NCBI GenBank assembly: GCA_951406725.2
Contig: OX597823.1
Span: 110,174,001 to 110,238,000, forward strand
DNA from: Octopus vulgaris
Lineage: Eukaryota
Length of the DNA: 64,000 nt
Direction: 5' to 3'
This document shows, piece by piece, positions 1 to 14,467 of this stretch. The notes beneath the pieces were generated by a model. That model had not been told where the DNA came from and did not search any database. It saw nothing but the letters and a program-made list of their open reading frames with translations. Both the position numbers and the translations under genes were made by a program. Position 1 is the first letter of the stretch. Each line of letters begins with the position of its first letter.

Positions 1-397
1 TATTCCTGACCCTGTGCCTAAAATTTGAAATCACAATTATTATATTATTTGTAGTAGTAGTTGTTGAAGAAGAAGAAAAGAAGATGGATGAGGAGGGAGA
101 AGGGGAGCAGGAGGAGGAAAGAAAGCAAACGAGAAGGAAAGAAAGAAGGCGAATGAGGATCTGTAAAGCAGATGTATGGTGATGTATCGGAGCCAATTAG
201 TATTAGGAGAGCAAGATGTATTTAAGACAGGAAGTAGATGTAGATCTATTTTCTCAGAGAAATTTCATTGGAATAAAAGAATAAAATACAGCTGCGTTTC
301 GGTTTAGGTGTCGAGGGGCAGGATTGTGGTAGTGGTGGTAGCGGCTGCTATGTCTATGACTTACAAGCAGGAATAAGTCGAGGGAAGCAATACACTG

Positions 398-429
<32 letters not shown>

Positions 430-473
430 TGTATATGTATATGTATATATATATATGCATGCGCGCACACATA

Positions 474-510
<37 letters not shown>

Positions 511-531
511 GAATATATATATATGTGTATA

Positions 532-571
<40 letters not shown>

Positions 572-2359
572 TATGTATGTATATATTTGTTTTATATCTA
601 TCTATATCTATCTATCTATCTATATCTATATATATATATATATATATATATAACAACAAAAACAGTTACAACATTCTTAAAGGATGGTTGGATTAAATGC
701 ACAAGATATACTTATGTACACAAATACAGATGTGTACACAAATATATATAATTGCGTGTATGTGTGTGTCTGTATGTGTTTGTGTGTGTGAGTAAGTGAG
801 TGCGTGCATTTGAGGTTGAGTGTAAGGTTGATAAAAGTATCATGTTAAAAAAATGTAGGAATGGAAAAGGAAAAAGAAAGAAAAATTCTCAGAGATATTA
901 GAAAACAAAACAAAATAAGCCATAGGTATAACATCCTGTTAGATATCATTGCTTTAAAAAAATCGAAAAATGTTCATATATATATATATGTATCTTTTCA
1001 TACACACATAACACACTCACACAATACCGTACGCACGCACACACAAACACACAAGCACATACACATACTATATATGTACGTATACTCTTAGGAATAAGCA
1101 CTAGGCAAGAAATATTTCAGAACATACCGTCTCTTTTTAAACCCTTCCAGCCGAACAACAAAGTGATGGGGAAGTCATATTAATGAAGACGTTTTTCGTT
1201 TTTCAGCCATACAATCGCATGTGTCTGTTCTTATATATACATACATATATATATAAATGTATGTATGTATGTATTTATATATGTATATATGCGTGTGTGT
1301 GTCTCTCTCTCTTTGTGTGTGCATTGTGTATATGTGTGTATAATGCTTTCTTTGTCATACCGTTTTACCATATGCTAAAAATAAACGGTGATACTAGCAT
1401 GTATGAATGGTAATTCATTTGAAACTAGATGATGCTGATGATGATTATGATGACTAAAACGATAGCGATGGAGATGATGACGACGATAATGATGATGAAG
1501 AAATCCATACATGTAGTGATAATAATTGAATCCCTGATTTCCATAGGGGCTCACTCGTTATTAAAAGCGGATGTGAGGTAATTCAATTGATTCAGTGCAG
1601 GTGACTGCTATAAATATTGTCTACCAAAGGAAGATGAGGGTGAAAGTGGACCAAGGTGGAATTCGAACACGAAACTTAAGGAGTTTATTTAAATAACGTA
1701 AAACAATTTACCTAAAAGTGTACTGTCGATGCGAGTGATTTAAAGTAATTGTAATTCACTCTCCATAAGGAAGCAGAGTGGGGAAGATTGCAAACGGGAA
1801 TTTTATCGGGAGAAGAAAGACAGGGAAAATGAAGAACCTTTCTACCAAAAATAATGAAAGAGAAACTGAATATGACAAAAAAAAATACCCAATACATAAC
1901 TTGTGAGAAGTTTCGTGGATTGGTGGTTAGATAGTTTAGGTTCGTAATCATGTCATGAGTTCAGTTTCGGGTGGTGAGTTGTGTTCTAGACCTAATTGTT
2001 GTATTCATTATCAATCTATGCAGCTATAATGAGCACTAATTAAGGTGTTGGTGCAGACATTTCTACCTATGGCCGTGATATCGTGAGAGACCTGTTGTAA
2101 TAAGGGTTCGGAGTGGCCTGTGTCTGTTTTCGACTACATGAGCCCTTTACACAACGATGCTAATTATAACGGTCTCTGGTTTAGGCACAAGGCAAGAAAA
2201 TTTGAAGCAAGGAAATTAATCTATTAGTGTAGACCTCAGTACTTGAATGCGTCTTCATTTAATTAACCCACGAAGGGAAGAAATGCCAGTTGACTTCGGC
2301 AGGATTTGAATTCTTAATATAAAAAACTGGAAGAAATACTACAATTCATCTTTCCTCAA

Positions 2360-3200
2360 ACAATTAATGATAAAGTAGTTCGTCTGTGTATTTCATTGAA
2401 ACTAGGAATGCGGTCGTCTCTCTTATCTTCTTACATCCTTTCAGTCTGGACTCATCCTTAATGCTGGCCCTCGTTTCTGATTTGAATATTTCCGATGGTT
2501 TTTCTCTTTTTTCAGTCTCAGTGTATCGCATCGAGATGACAGTGTAATGTTGGTTGTGTCGTGATATTGTGTCGTGAAAGACAGTGTAATGTTGGTTGTT
2601 TTGTGTCATGAAAGACACTATATCTACTTTTGCAGGTTTGTCAAATTTTTTCTTGCAGGTACTCAATATGAATCTATTTCGTGGCTTGGGCTCTGGTGAC
2701 CTTTGATATTGTAACTGGTCATAACTTGAAAACATCAGTAGAAACAGCCTTAGTCTTTATATCTAGAGGTGTCACTGTTAATGCTTTTACTACTATCTAC
2801 CACCTTCATTTTTATTTTTATTATTTTCTTTCTTTGAGCAGAATATTATCATGTGACCTTTAATACAATACATGTAAAAATTAAGCTTTCCGCTGTATAT
2901 CGCTATTATCAATGATCTTCCTCTGATGCACCTGCTCCCCCTATCGGATTCTCGGTCGTAGATAAACCATCAAACAATAGCAAATACCTTGTTCCGTCAT
3001 GCCACACCTCACTCAGGTTTTAAAATCTGCTTAATGTTTGTTAGGGCCTACAAAAGCTTTCCTTTATTCCATCTCCCATTACATTTTTCCCAGGATAAAA
3101 TTTGGGGTCAGCGATATAATGTATTTTGCAATATGCTTCGTCCTTGAACTCAGATCATCTTTGAAATTGTTCATTTCAAGGAGCTCCTTGAGACAAATGA
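2360..3200 (-). mobile_element. Heavily decayed non-LTR retrotransposon RT fragment (CR1/L2/jockey-like)
   Basis: Minus-strand remnants resembling the 'FLDxxKAFD' (KAVSTDVF) and 'KYADD' (MKYTDE) RT motifs; many stops and frameshifts. Confidence 0.3.
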
Positions 3201-4674
3201 TGTTTGAAAAGGATTAGCAGTTTTTGTTCGTGATTAAAGCCATTTATGCTTGCGTTTCTACTTGTCAAATAGTATCTATGGATAATAGTGGGCTATTTTG
3301 TTTCATTGTCATTTGTTCTGGTTTATAATACTTGATATGTGTTTGCGTTTTCACATATTTTAAGGACGTATTGTTTTACTGCTCTTATGAGTAGTATCCC
3401 CTTCTGCCAATTGTACAGTGTAGTTTGGTTGGGCTACAAAGAAATAAGTCAAAATGAATGCTTGCAGAAATGCACGTAGCGATATATTTTACTGATGTAT
3501 TAGAGGTCGAAATGCTTTAAGATATGTTTTGGTAAAAACAGCGGCAAAAACTGTTTGCTAACAAGTTAATCTTAGAAGAAATTATTTTCTAAGCAGACCA
3601 ATGTGAAACCTGACTATTCACAGAAAATAACAAAAACAGTATACTAATAGTAACAATATATATACACCAGTAGTTATTTCTTATCTACAGCCTCCACACA
3701 AATTCTATATTTAGAGGATGATAAAATATATTAGTGTGAAAACGGAGACAGAAATTCATGCCTAGAAATAAAATTACAATTTCCATAGAGATTGATAACA
3801 TCTTCCTGTCTGCTAATCATTTGATATGTAAAAATTATTTGTGACAATATTTCTAATAAAATATACTGCGTACATGTGTTAATTAACTTTGAAAATGATC
3901 TAAATTTCGAAGGATTTAGTTAAATATTGAATTTCTTGTTATTAATCTCTTGTTTGCGGCTCAACTTAACAAAATTCTTGTACAAAAAGAGAAAACAAAA
4001 AGAAAATTAAAATCGTGATGAGAGATTTTAATTTAAATCTTGCATCTCAGAACTTGAGATTGCCACTGGTTTTCTGGCTAAATATGACAGAAACAATGAA
4101 ATGTTTATTTGTCCAAGTGTAAATTATAGTTTCTACATCAGAAACTAACAAAAATGGTAGATAACGTTACAACACTTGAAATTGTTGTGTCTCTATGGAG
4201 TAAAAGTCGATGATGTGTTCTGCCAAGTTAATATTGAAGAAACGCCATCTAAATATAAACAGCTTGTCCATTTTTGATAATTCGTACTTAGACCTATATT
4301 TTAAAACTGATCTTTCACTTTCAATGTTATAATTTTAGGAACAATTTATATTTATAATGATTCGAGTGACCATGATACACGCTCTTTCATTAGAAGAGGA
4401 AAGTCAAATAATATTTTAGCTATTGATGGCTATGAGCTTATTTGTTTCACCAGAAACTACCACTGACAAATGTTTTCTCCAAGCAATGAAATCAGCCAAC
4501 TGTTTGTATTATTTTGCTTTTCAATTCCCTGGCCATTCACGTCGGAGTAGACATATGCAGAAAGTCACCCCATTCTTGAAATTACCTCATTTTTAGACGT
4601 ATATTTCCGTATTTCAGACATATTTAGCGATATACTACCTCTGGGCAACACCATAATTAAGAAAATTAGACATC

Positions 4675-4733
4675 AGATGACGTAGTTTCGGTTAGCAGGA
4701 CGACCTATCAAATTATGAGCCTTCATAAGATAT
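4675..4733 (-). ncRNA. Degenerate type-I hammerhead ribozyme motif
   Basis: Minus strand: atat-CTTATGA-a-gg...cc-GAAA-ctacg-TC-atct; core G5 mutated and one stem I mismatch. Confidence 0.35.
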
Positions 4734-5061
4734 GCGCAAGTAGTTGATATTTACAATTGTTATTTATAGGAAGTATTTAAAGATATAATTGATTCTAACT
4801 CGAACCTACAGCTGGGATTAAACGAATCGATTGTTAACGAGTAGTCAACCAAAGCTTCGGAGATTTGTAATAACTAGTGAAATCTGAAAGGGAGTTAATT
4901 CTTTTCTACTTTGTGGTGTAACTAACTGTTTCTGTGTACATGGATATTGTAATATTTAAAAGTTCTTTATGGATTTCCTGCCAATAATCAGTCCATGTAC
5001 GACTCCAGCCAGTCGTTGAGGTAACTACAACAACTATTACTGCTACCCTACTGCAGCAACA

Positions 5062-5455
5062 GAGGAGGTGCAATGACCCAATGGTTACGGCAGCGGACTC
5101 GCGGTTTCGATTCCCAGACCGGGCGTTGTGTGTGTTTATTGAGCGAAAACACCTAAAGCTCCACGAGGCTCTGGCAGGGGAGGGGGCGGCCACTGTTCTA
5201 CTCGTCCGCTTCAACTTTCTCTCACTCTTTCTTCCTGTTACTTGTTCCCGACTTCCTACGCAACCGCTGAGCCTGGATGCGCATTCATCCATCCGTCGAT
5301 GCTCTCGGTGTCGGCGATTGACCTGCTTTCTCTTCTGCGGGTCTAACAAATAGCAAAGGACCACGTTTCAGACTTCTCCCACTACAGAGGCACGACCTTG
5401 CGAGCTCTGGGACGAAAACCGCTTCGCTCAACAAAGAAACAAACAAGCAGCAACA
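5062..5455 (+). mobile_element. tRNA-derived SINE with CORE-like segment, GC-rich body and A-rich tail
   Basis: A-box-like 'tgacccaatggttacggcagcg', B-box 'ggtttcgattccc', CORE-like 'gtgtttattgagcgaaaacacctaa', ends in 'aacaaagaaacaaacaagcagcaaca'. Confidence 0.6.
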
Positions 5456-6299
5456 GAGAATGAATACAATGTTTTACTATGCAGTCAGAAGAGGGAAATC
5501 AGTGTCCGTGACCGTTTTCCGAGCCTGTGAGAGTGTTCAGAGGAAGGGAGAAACCATTATACTTTCATAGCCTCTGTAACTCTAAATTCTTCACATTTAA
5601 TTTGTTTACCGAAAAGTCCCATACATGAATGCCTACATATTCTCTCATGGTAAATATTCTGGTCGTTAGAATAATAGTTACCTCCCTTTAATTTTATCTA
5701 TCTCTACTTTTGTGGCAAACATGTTCCACCTGGAAATATGGTGCAAAGAATATGCAATTATATCTCGTCATCCTCACCATCATCATCAACTTTGTTATCG
5801 TCGTTGTTATCAACATGGCCGTCGTTTTCACTATCGCTGCCTCTGCCGTCATCGTCCTCCTCATCACTAGCGTCATCGTTCTCATTGAGTTTTTTTTTTT
5901 TTTGGTTCGCCATCCACAATGTTGTCATCTGTCACTGTTTCCACACTCGCGTCTTTACTGTCCCTTTTGGTTGTTTTTTTCTTCTTGCTGCCGTTATTGT
6001 TGTATTTCTTTTAATAGTTCTTCTTGCGCAAACGACGGCAGTGGTGACGTTGTGCCACCCGTGATAGGCTTTTTGCCTATTCTTTCTGCTTCATCATCTC
6101 GTTGGCATAGTGATTGTTTATTACTGCTGCCATCGCTTTTATTGTGGCTGTCATTGTTTTCTTTTGTGATTGTTGTTGCTGGTGTTGTTCTTCCTGGTGA
6201 TGGTGGTGGTCGTGATGCCATTACCGTTGTTATTATCCTTATGGTATATCGAACACGTAGAAAATAGGAAAAAATTATATATATATATATATATGTATA

Positions 6300-6339
<40 letters not shown>

Positions 6340-6501
6340 TATATATATGTGTCTGTATACATATATATATACATACATACATATATATATATGAATATAT
6401 ATATATATATATTTATATATATGTATGCATATACATTTATATACATGTATATATGTATGCATATATAAATATATGCGCGAGTGTATGTATATACATATAT
6501 A

Positions 6502-6542
<41 letters not shown>

Positions 6543-6554
6543 TTATATATCTGT

Positions 6555-6585
<31 letters not shown>

Positions 6586-7167
6586 TAAGTGTCTGTGGAT
6601 GTATTGGTCTATGTGCCGGTCTGTTCACAATAAAATAGCAAACACACTCGAAATATATAATAAATAAATGAACAAAGCACGAAAGCACCAAATCAAGGAA
6701 GCTATAGAAGTTACAAGAAATTCCTTTTCTTTGTGTCATCTCTTTTTCTTTTTCAACTTACAAGATTTATGGGGTCACTACAGATCGCTGTTAACAATAA
6801 GGCAAAGCTATTTCATTTTATTTTCTCAATATTTTCCTCAAATTTGTTTAATGTATAACCAACAGGAATATATAATTACTACTATGAGGTACTATAATTA
6901 CGCGTTATAGAAGAACGTAAGAAAACAAAAACAATGCATTTTCTTTAGTTGTGGTCATGTGATACCAACGGCTACTCTTTCCATCGAGTCACGTGATGCA
7001 GTGTAACGTCAACGCAGGGTATCCTGCCATGGTGGTATATCAATTTTTCTGATATTGTTGGTCTTTCTTTCCCATCTTTCTGTCCGTTCTCCCTCCCCCA
7101 TCTCTCTATCTCTCTGTATGTCTGTGTATGTCTCTATCTATCTCTTCCTCTCACTCAATGATGAGGC

Positions 7168-7246
<79 letters not shown>

Positions 7247-7313
7247 TACATATATATATGATACATATTATATATATATATATAAAAATATAAACATATA
7301 TACATATAAACAA

Positions 7314-7366
<53 letters not shown>

Positions 7367-8361
7367 CCTATACATATATATAAATATATATTTGTGAGGG
7401 GCGTATGTGTGCGTCTATAAGTGTGCATAAATGTGAGTGTGAGCGTGAGCATGTATATATGGGTGTATCTAAGTGTATATATCGGTCTCTCTCACTCTCT
7501 CTCTCTCCCTCTCATACATACATACATACATACAAACACAAATGCACACTTGTATATGCAATTATGTAGATATATGTATGCACGTATGCATGAATGTATG
7601 TGTGTGTGTGTGTGTAAATATATATATATGTCCTTCATCCTGCTGTTGGCAATGTAATGTATGCCTTCTCTTCCTCTCTGTCTGTGTCAACTCTCATCTC
7701 ATTTTCTCTCAACTCTCTCCGTCTCTCCACGAGTTTGAAAGTTACGTTGTCATCTTCCATCTCTCTACAGCAACACATCTTCCGCCATCGACGAACTTTA
7801 CCTTACTCGCTATCGTTCTCTCTCCTCTCGCACTCCAGTCATTTTCTTTTTTCTTTTTTTTTTTTCAATATGTAATCTAAGGCATTATTACCATTAAGGG
7901 TGGGGGGGGTGACTCATTGAGTGGACATGCCTGTTCAGCTTTCATCTATTTTATGTTGATACAGCCTGTCAAAGATGGAGTAATCCAAACACCCAACTCT
8001 CGGATATTTCTCTACATTATTCCAGATGTTTATTTCTGCTTTTTCTTTATTCTTTGTAAATTTATTGATATGTATAGTGCGTAGAGTATATCTATATTTT
8101 TTTACATTTCTATGTCGTTGTATGTTATTTATCAATTTATTTGATTGCTTTGTTGTTGTTCTTACATTTCTGTGGACTGAAATCTCTCAAATAACATTCA
8201 TTGATATGTATGTATCCCTCCCTCTCTCTTTCTCTCCCTTTCCTTCCCTCTCTCTCTCCCTCATTCTCTCTGTACACACACACATACATATATTTATACT
8301 TATCGATGTATGTATATATATATATATAAATACACGCAGACATATATATATTTGTATCATA

Positions 8362-8407
<46 letters not shown>

Positions 8408-9167
8408 TATATATATAGAGAGAGAGGGTATGATGGATGGATAGATAGATAGATACATAGTTAGACAGACTGACAGACTAACAGATAGACAGACAAACGG
8501 AGTGGTGTATGTACATGAATGCTCGTACACTATTATGCATCTGTGAGAGAAAATGTGTTGTATGAAGAATGTATAAAACCTGAAACCTTGAAAGGATACA
8601 GGGATACATAAAAAATGTGCTTATACATACATACATACATGCATACATATATATATATATATATATATACACATACATACACACATGCACATCCTTCCTC
8701 TCTCTCTCACACATACACACAGACAGACACATACATATATCTATGCGCATCTATACATATATATATGCTTGTGTATGGTGTTAGGCTAAATTTTTTGTAA
8801 ATGTAAATAGGTATATGTAAAAAATGCGTGTCGATGCATGCAGATTATTAGTTCTTAATGTATGAATTGAAATATTTATAATATATATGATTATGCACCA
8901 CTAACACGTGCACGAGTTCCAGAGATATTTCTTAAAAAGCTACACACTGCCCCATATGATTGTTGTTTACTGTTTTTGTTTTTTTTTTCTAAGTTTGGTA
9001 ACATAATTAGCGTTGTTGTATACTAATGTAGGTATGTTTTAAGTACGCCAGAATTATTTAAGAGTATTTATGCAGAGCAAATTTCGTCCATTTTCTTATG
9101 GTGAAACTTTCTAGTAGTAACAAAAAATACCTCTCTTTCTGTTTCGTTTCTCCCTCCTCCGTCGCTG

Positions 9168-9940
9168 TATGTTTGTTCAAAATTATATTACATGGATGTT
9201 TTAGAAGTTAATTCCTGTATAGCCTTGAAATCTGAATACTGCATTCCCAATATCTGCTATGATTTCTGTAATAGCTTAGTCAGAAGTTAAGTAAATCTCC
9301 CTTGATATGTTCACGGGGCCTTTTATACCCGGTGGTATAAAAAGGAAATACATCTACTATTGATGCATTATCGTTATTAGAATCCCAGTTTGAGGGCTCG
9401 TAAAGCACTGGGTTCAGCTAATGTCACCCTGTGTCCAGGTGATGTTGTTAAACCAGGTGACAGAAAAAGTCAGAAAAAGTCAGCAATCCCATACTTTTCC
9501 ATTTAGTCAGCTTCGGAAATATAACTTGGGGCAGCCGGATACAAAGCCGGAAATCATGTTGTTTCGTACTAGTAAAATAGAAGCTCAAACATAAATGCTC
9601 CTGTTGACAATCTTAGTACAGGTATGAGCTGTATACTAACATAGAAAATAAATATTAATATAATGAGTATATGAATAATAATTGAAATAAGGGTAGAAAG
9701 AATAATGATGATAATGGAATAATTACAAAAATCCATTTATTTATACGTCATAGCAGATATTCTGAATTCCTGTCAAAGATTTTTTCTGTGAAACGTTATT
9801 TGCATGTTTCAGGACCTTTATGTTTGTTCAGAATTATATTACAGAGATGTTTTAGAAGTTAATACCTGTATAGACTTGAAATCTGAATACTGCATTCCCA
9901 ATATCTGCTGTGATTTCTGCAATAGCTTAGTCAGAAGTAA
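9168..9940. repeat. Two ~120-bp direct repeats (9168-9290 and 9819-9940) enclosing a structured ~530-bp segment
   Basis: 'tatgtttgttca.aattatattaca..gatgttttagaagttaat.cctgtatag.cttgaaatctgaatactgcattcccaatatctgct.tgatttctg.aatagcttagtcagaagt' occurs twice with few mismatches. Confidence 0.85.
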
Positions 9941-10887
9941 CGCATTTTTATTCGATCTGCGATTAACACCATTCCAGTTGTCACTGTCTTGACATTTTTT
10001 TAAAGACGTATAATATAGAATGTGTTCTTTGATTCTTTATGAATCGGATGTTATGCGAGGGAAATGTAATAATTATGTCCAGTCTTCCGAGTGATTAAAT
10101 AGACACTAAGTTGACGGCAGAATGCATTCCGTTATTAACTATTGGAGACCTAATAATGCCGATGGCACGTCGAGATCATTGCAGAATTGTCATCGAAGAT
10201 GAAACTGATATTTTACTAAATCTTTTTTTCGTAGGTCAGAGTTGAGCATGTATCGTGTAAGGGAGATACATGTTTAGTGCGTGGCGTTTGTTGTTAAAAC
10301 CATTGGAAAGAGATTCCTGCCCATCATTGCAGATCTGGAAGAATTTTATTATAATTGTTACTGGTTGAATGAACGCAAAGAGCCCATTCTTACTGTATTT
10401 GAACCATTTGCAATATTCGTGGAAGATAGGTGAGTAAAATGCAATCTGGTGGCAGTAGTATTTGTTCCAATGTGTCTCTACTTAAAATTAATATAATCAA
10501 ATGGATTATCCAATTGTATGTAACTGGATTTATACGCAACAGCAATACGAGTAAATGGCTATCGCGTGTAATGACGCTGTTTATTTGCATAATGATTTAA
10601 TTCTTATTGGATTTCATTATTTATTCTTACTATCGTCTTAAACAATTATTTCTGAATACCTTTTCACTCAAATTCTCAGTCAAAGTAACTGACTCCAACT
10701 GCACCATTTGGATTAACGAATCATCTCCCTCTTCATGTTGTTATATAATTTAATATACTTCACGTTGTCTTATATTGCATCTTTTTAAATCATTCACACG
10801 AGTATGAACATATGTGTGTATGTATGTTTGTATGTATGTATGTATGTTTGTATGTTTGTATGTATGTATGTATATATGTATGTATGT

Positions 10888-11593
10888 GGCCATTGCATGA
10901 AGCTTAACTGTTATTTGTGCTGTGATCGAATATGACTTTTTAGCCCAGTTAAAGATCTACAATGTCTTGTACAGAATTGACAGCTAAAACCTTTACCGGT
11001 AATATCCGGCTGTAGTTGTAACTGGGCTTCATGTACCCTTGCAAGTCGTCCTGCAGAATTACACTCTCTTCTACATGCCTGATAGATGTGATTAGTATGG
11101 TGTGTTACATCACCACAAGTGGCCAGGTTGTCACTCATCTGTCTCGCTTTATAACTACGAAGATGACTCTTGAGTCCAGCTTTACTGAGAGCCATCATGT
11201 ATGTATGTATGTATGTATGTATGTATGTTTGTATGTGGCCATTGCACGAAGCTTAACTGTTATTTGTGCTGTGATCGAATGTGCCTTTTTAGCCCAGCTA
11301 AAGATCTACAATGTCTTGTATAGAATTGGCAACTAAAACCTTTACCGGTAATAGCCGGCTGTAGTTGTAACTGGGCTTCATGTACCTTTGCATGTCATTT
11401 AAGTCCTCCTGCTGAATTGCACTCTCTTCCACATGCCTGACAGATATGATTAATACGGTGTGTAACACCTCCACCAGTGGCCTGGTTGTCATTCATCTGT
11501 CTCGCTTTATGACTACGAAGATGACTCTTGAGTGCAGCTTTACTGAGGCAGGGTCTTCCACAGACACTACTCGATAACGAGGGGGCAGCCATC
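10888..11593. mobile_element. Two tandem rearranged 3' fragments of an (ATGT)n-tailed RTE-type LINE with C2H2 zinc-finger C-terminus
   Basis: Minus-strand CxxC...HxxxH repeats (e.g. CQFCTRHCRSLTGLKSHIRSQH); plus-strand terminus 'gccatc(atgt)n' matches the terminus of the LINE at 62190-63500. Confidence 0.75.
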
Positions 11594-13682
11594 ATGTATG
11601 TATGTATGTATGTATGTATGTATGTATGTATGTATGTATGTATGTATGTATGTATGTATATGTGTTTGTATGTATGTATGTTTGTATGCAAACACGCGTG
11701 CAATCGGAGGTCTTGTAGTATTTGTTTCGGCCTCTTTCTATTCTGAGTTCAATTCTAACAAAGTTTACTAGAGTTTTGGAACTGATACGTCACCCGGTTT
11801 AACACCAACACTGACAAACTGATACCTTCAGAAGAGTTGTCTTAGTTGCAAAAATTATGTTTCTTGTCTAAAGATCCCTTTATCCTGTAATGAAAACTGA
11901 ATCATTAGAAGCATGAGGATTTTCTACCAGTCAAGGAATTGAAAGTTACACATAACCCAGTCAAAATCATTCTACAGTGTGCTGCAAATTTGAAAATGTG
12001 GGATTAGTTGACTGCAAACTGCATAGAAAAAAAATTATAAGCGCCTATTAATCTGGTTTTACGCGGTGTTTGTGAAATTGTGCCAATGCATAGAGCTGTG
12101 GAATATCGAGTAGTAGTCTTACGATTCTTTAAGGTCATATACCAGATTATCATGGTTCTGGTGTCAAAGAATGTCATTCGTATATTTGAATTTTCCAAGA
12201 GCTACCACACCCATCCTTTATACTTGATCTTCCTTTTCATATATGCCCAAATAATTTGAAGCAAATTCTGATGGGCAAACTATTCTCCTGTATTGAAGAA
12301 AAGTAGTCAGTTACACAATAATGTTTGGTTGTACGAGAGAAACTTTTCCCATTAAGTGGTATTAAGCAGCTGGATGAGTGACACGATAAGTGTATCGCAG
12401 CTAATAATGTCTTTTCTAAAAGAAAATACAATTTGTTGGTAAAAAAATTTAAATAAGTGTATACTTTTACTGCTGTCATGTCATAAGACTGTTGGGCTCA
12501 AAAGTTTTGGAAAAGTTCTCGTGTCTCTCTATATGTGTCTGTGTGTGTATGTGTATGTGTATGTGTATGGTGGAGTGTTACTGTATAGATATATAATTAT
12601 ATAAATAACATGAAATAGGTGAAAGCCCTTCGTTGGATGGCAGTCTTTCTACTAGTTTGACAATAGATATAATATGGTTTTGTAGACATTCTTATTACTT
12701 CATGGACTGTGCTGGTGCTGGTGATCGCAATGACAACGACGACGATAATGGTGGTGGTGGTGGTGAAGGTGATAACGACGACGGCAACGACAAAAACGAC
12801 GATGACGACGACGATGATGATATTCATCACCATCATTATCTTCTTGACAACGATGAGTGTTTGCTATGATAATCACGATGGCAACAACAAAGACAAAAAT
12901 GTTGACGTGCCTGCTGAAACGTCTCGACAAGAGAAACCTCACTGAAGAAGAAATTGTCTTATATAATTTTGAATTATTTCTTATTTCGTTTTCTTTTTAT
13001 AGTTCATGTTTTATATGATTTTAATTTTCAATTTCTATTTTTCACAATTTATTTATTTTATTTTTTTTCCTTGTGTTCATGTTACTAAGATTATGACTGT
13101 ATTAGTGTTTTGTGCATTTTTTTTTGCATCGTATACATCCCTTTGTATTTAAGTATTTCGTATATTTTAATTTATTTTTCTGTTTTCTCTGTGAATTAAT
13201 GTGAACATTTTTTTCTGTGTATTTTGTAAATTTGTGTTCATCTGTACATTTTTATGTTTACTTATCTGATTTTATTTTATTTTTCGACAGCCTGCCTTGT
13301 TGCTTTAGATTCTCACCGAACATCTTCAGTAAACAGATTTATCTGTCAAATAAAATCTAGTTCAATTTTTCTATTTGAGACGTACAGGTATTGTCAGTAA
13401 ATAAATCTTTAAAAATGAATTACAATAAGAAAAACAACTATTCCAACAACAACAACAACGAAAGAAATAACAACAATACGGACTATGGTGAAGCATCTTT
13501 GTCACTACCAACAACAACTACAACAACAATGCCATCAACAAGTAGGCCAACATCACCATCTACGATACAATTTCTACACACTAGTGCCAATGTTACACAC
13601 TCTCAAATATTCGCTTTTTTATCAACAGAAATCAAAATATAAAAATACAACGATCAACAATAAAATATAATTGAAATAGAAC

Positions 13683-13683
<1 letters not shown>

Positions 13684-13774
<91 letters not shown>
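13684..13774. repeat. (TAA)n microsatellite
   Basis: Direct inspection. Confidence 0.95.
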
Positions 13775-14057
13775 TACATTAATAATATAAATAACTACAT
13801 ATTAAAAAAAAGAAGCTAAACGCTAAAGTAGAATTTAGAAAAAAAAGTATTATTTTTATAATATATATTTACTTTTTACAATTTTGTTAACAACAATATC
13901 GGAGAAAAATGTTCTTTACAATTTTTATTTTCATTACAGTTTTTACAGATTTACAGTCGTGTTTCTTTCTCTACCACTGTTGTTCTATATGAACACACAC
14001 ACGCACACAAAACAAAAAACACAAATATACATATATATGTATATGTATACGCATATA

Positions 14058-14079
<22 letters not shown>

Positions 14080-14093
<14 letters not shown>

Positions 14094-14330
14094 CTTATAT
14101 TTAGATACTTAGATATACAAATAGATAGAAAGATAGATATAGTTATATACATATATATATAACTACAAATACATACATATATGCAGTATATATATGTATA
14201 CATATATATATATATATACATATGTATTTATATATATATATACTTATATTTAGATACTTAGATATACAAATAGATAGAAAGATAGATATAGTTATATACA
14301 TATATATATATATAACTAGAAATACATACA
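14080..14330. repeat. Tandem duplication, ~149-bp period, in low-complexity DNA
   Basis: 'atacttatatttagatacttagatatacaaatagatagaaagatagatatagttatatac' occurs twice. Confidence 0.85.
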
Positions 14331-14369
14331 TATATACAAACGTATATATGCTGTATATATGTATACATA

Positions 14370-14467
<98 letters not shown>

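Noticed and set aside
3850-4540. Possible pogo/Tigger transposase remnant
   Set aside because: Motif resemblance is too weak to call by eye
5710-6267. 185-aa hydrophobic ORF
   Set aside because: Built from degenerate trinucleotide repeats, with no domain or convincing splice context
10911-11703. C2H2 zinc-finger ORFs as a host ZNF gene
   Set aside because: No TGEKP linkers, internal stops, and they match the C-terminus and tail of the RTE-type LINE at 62193-63498
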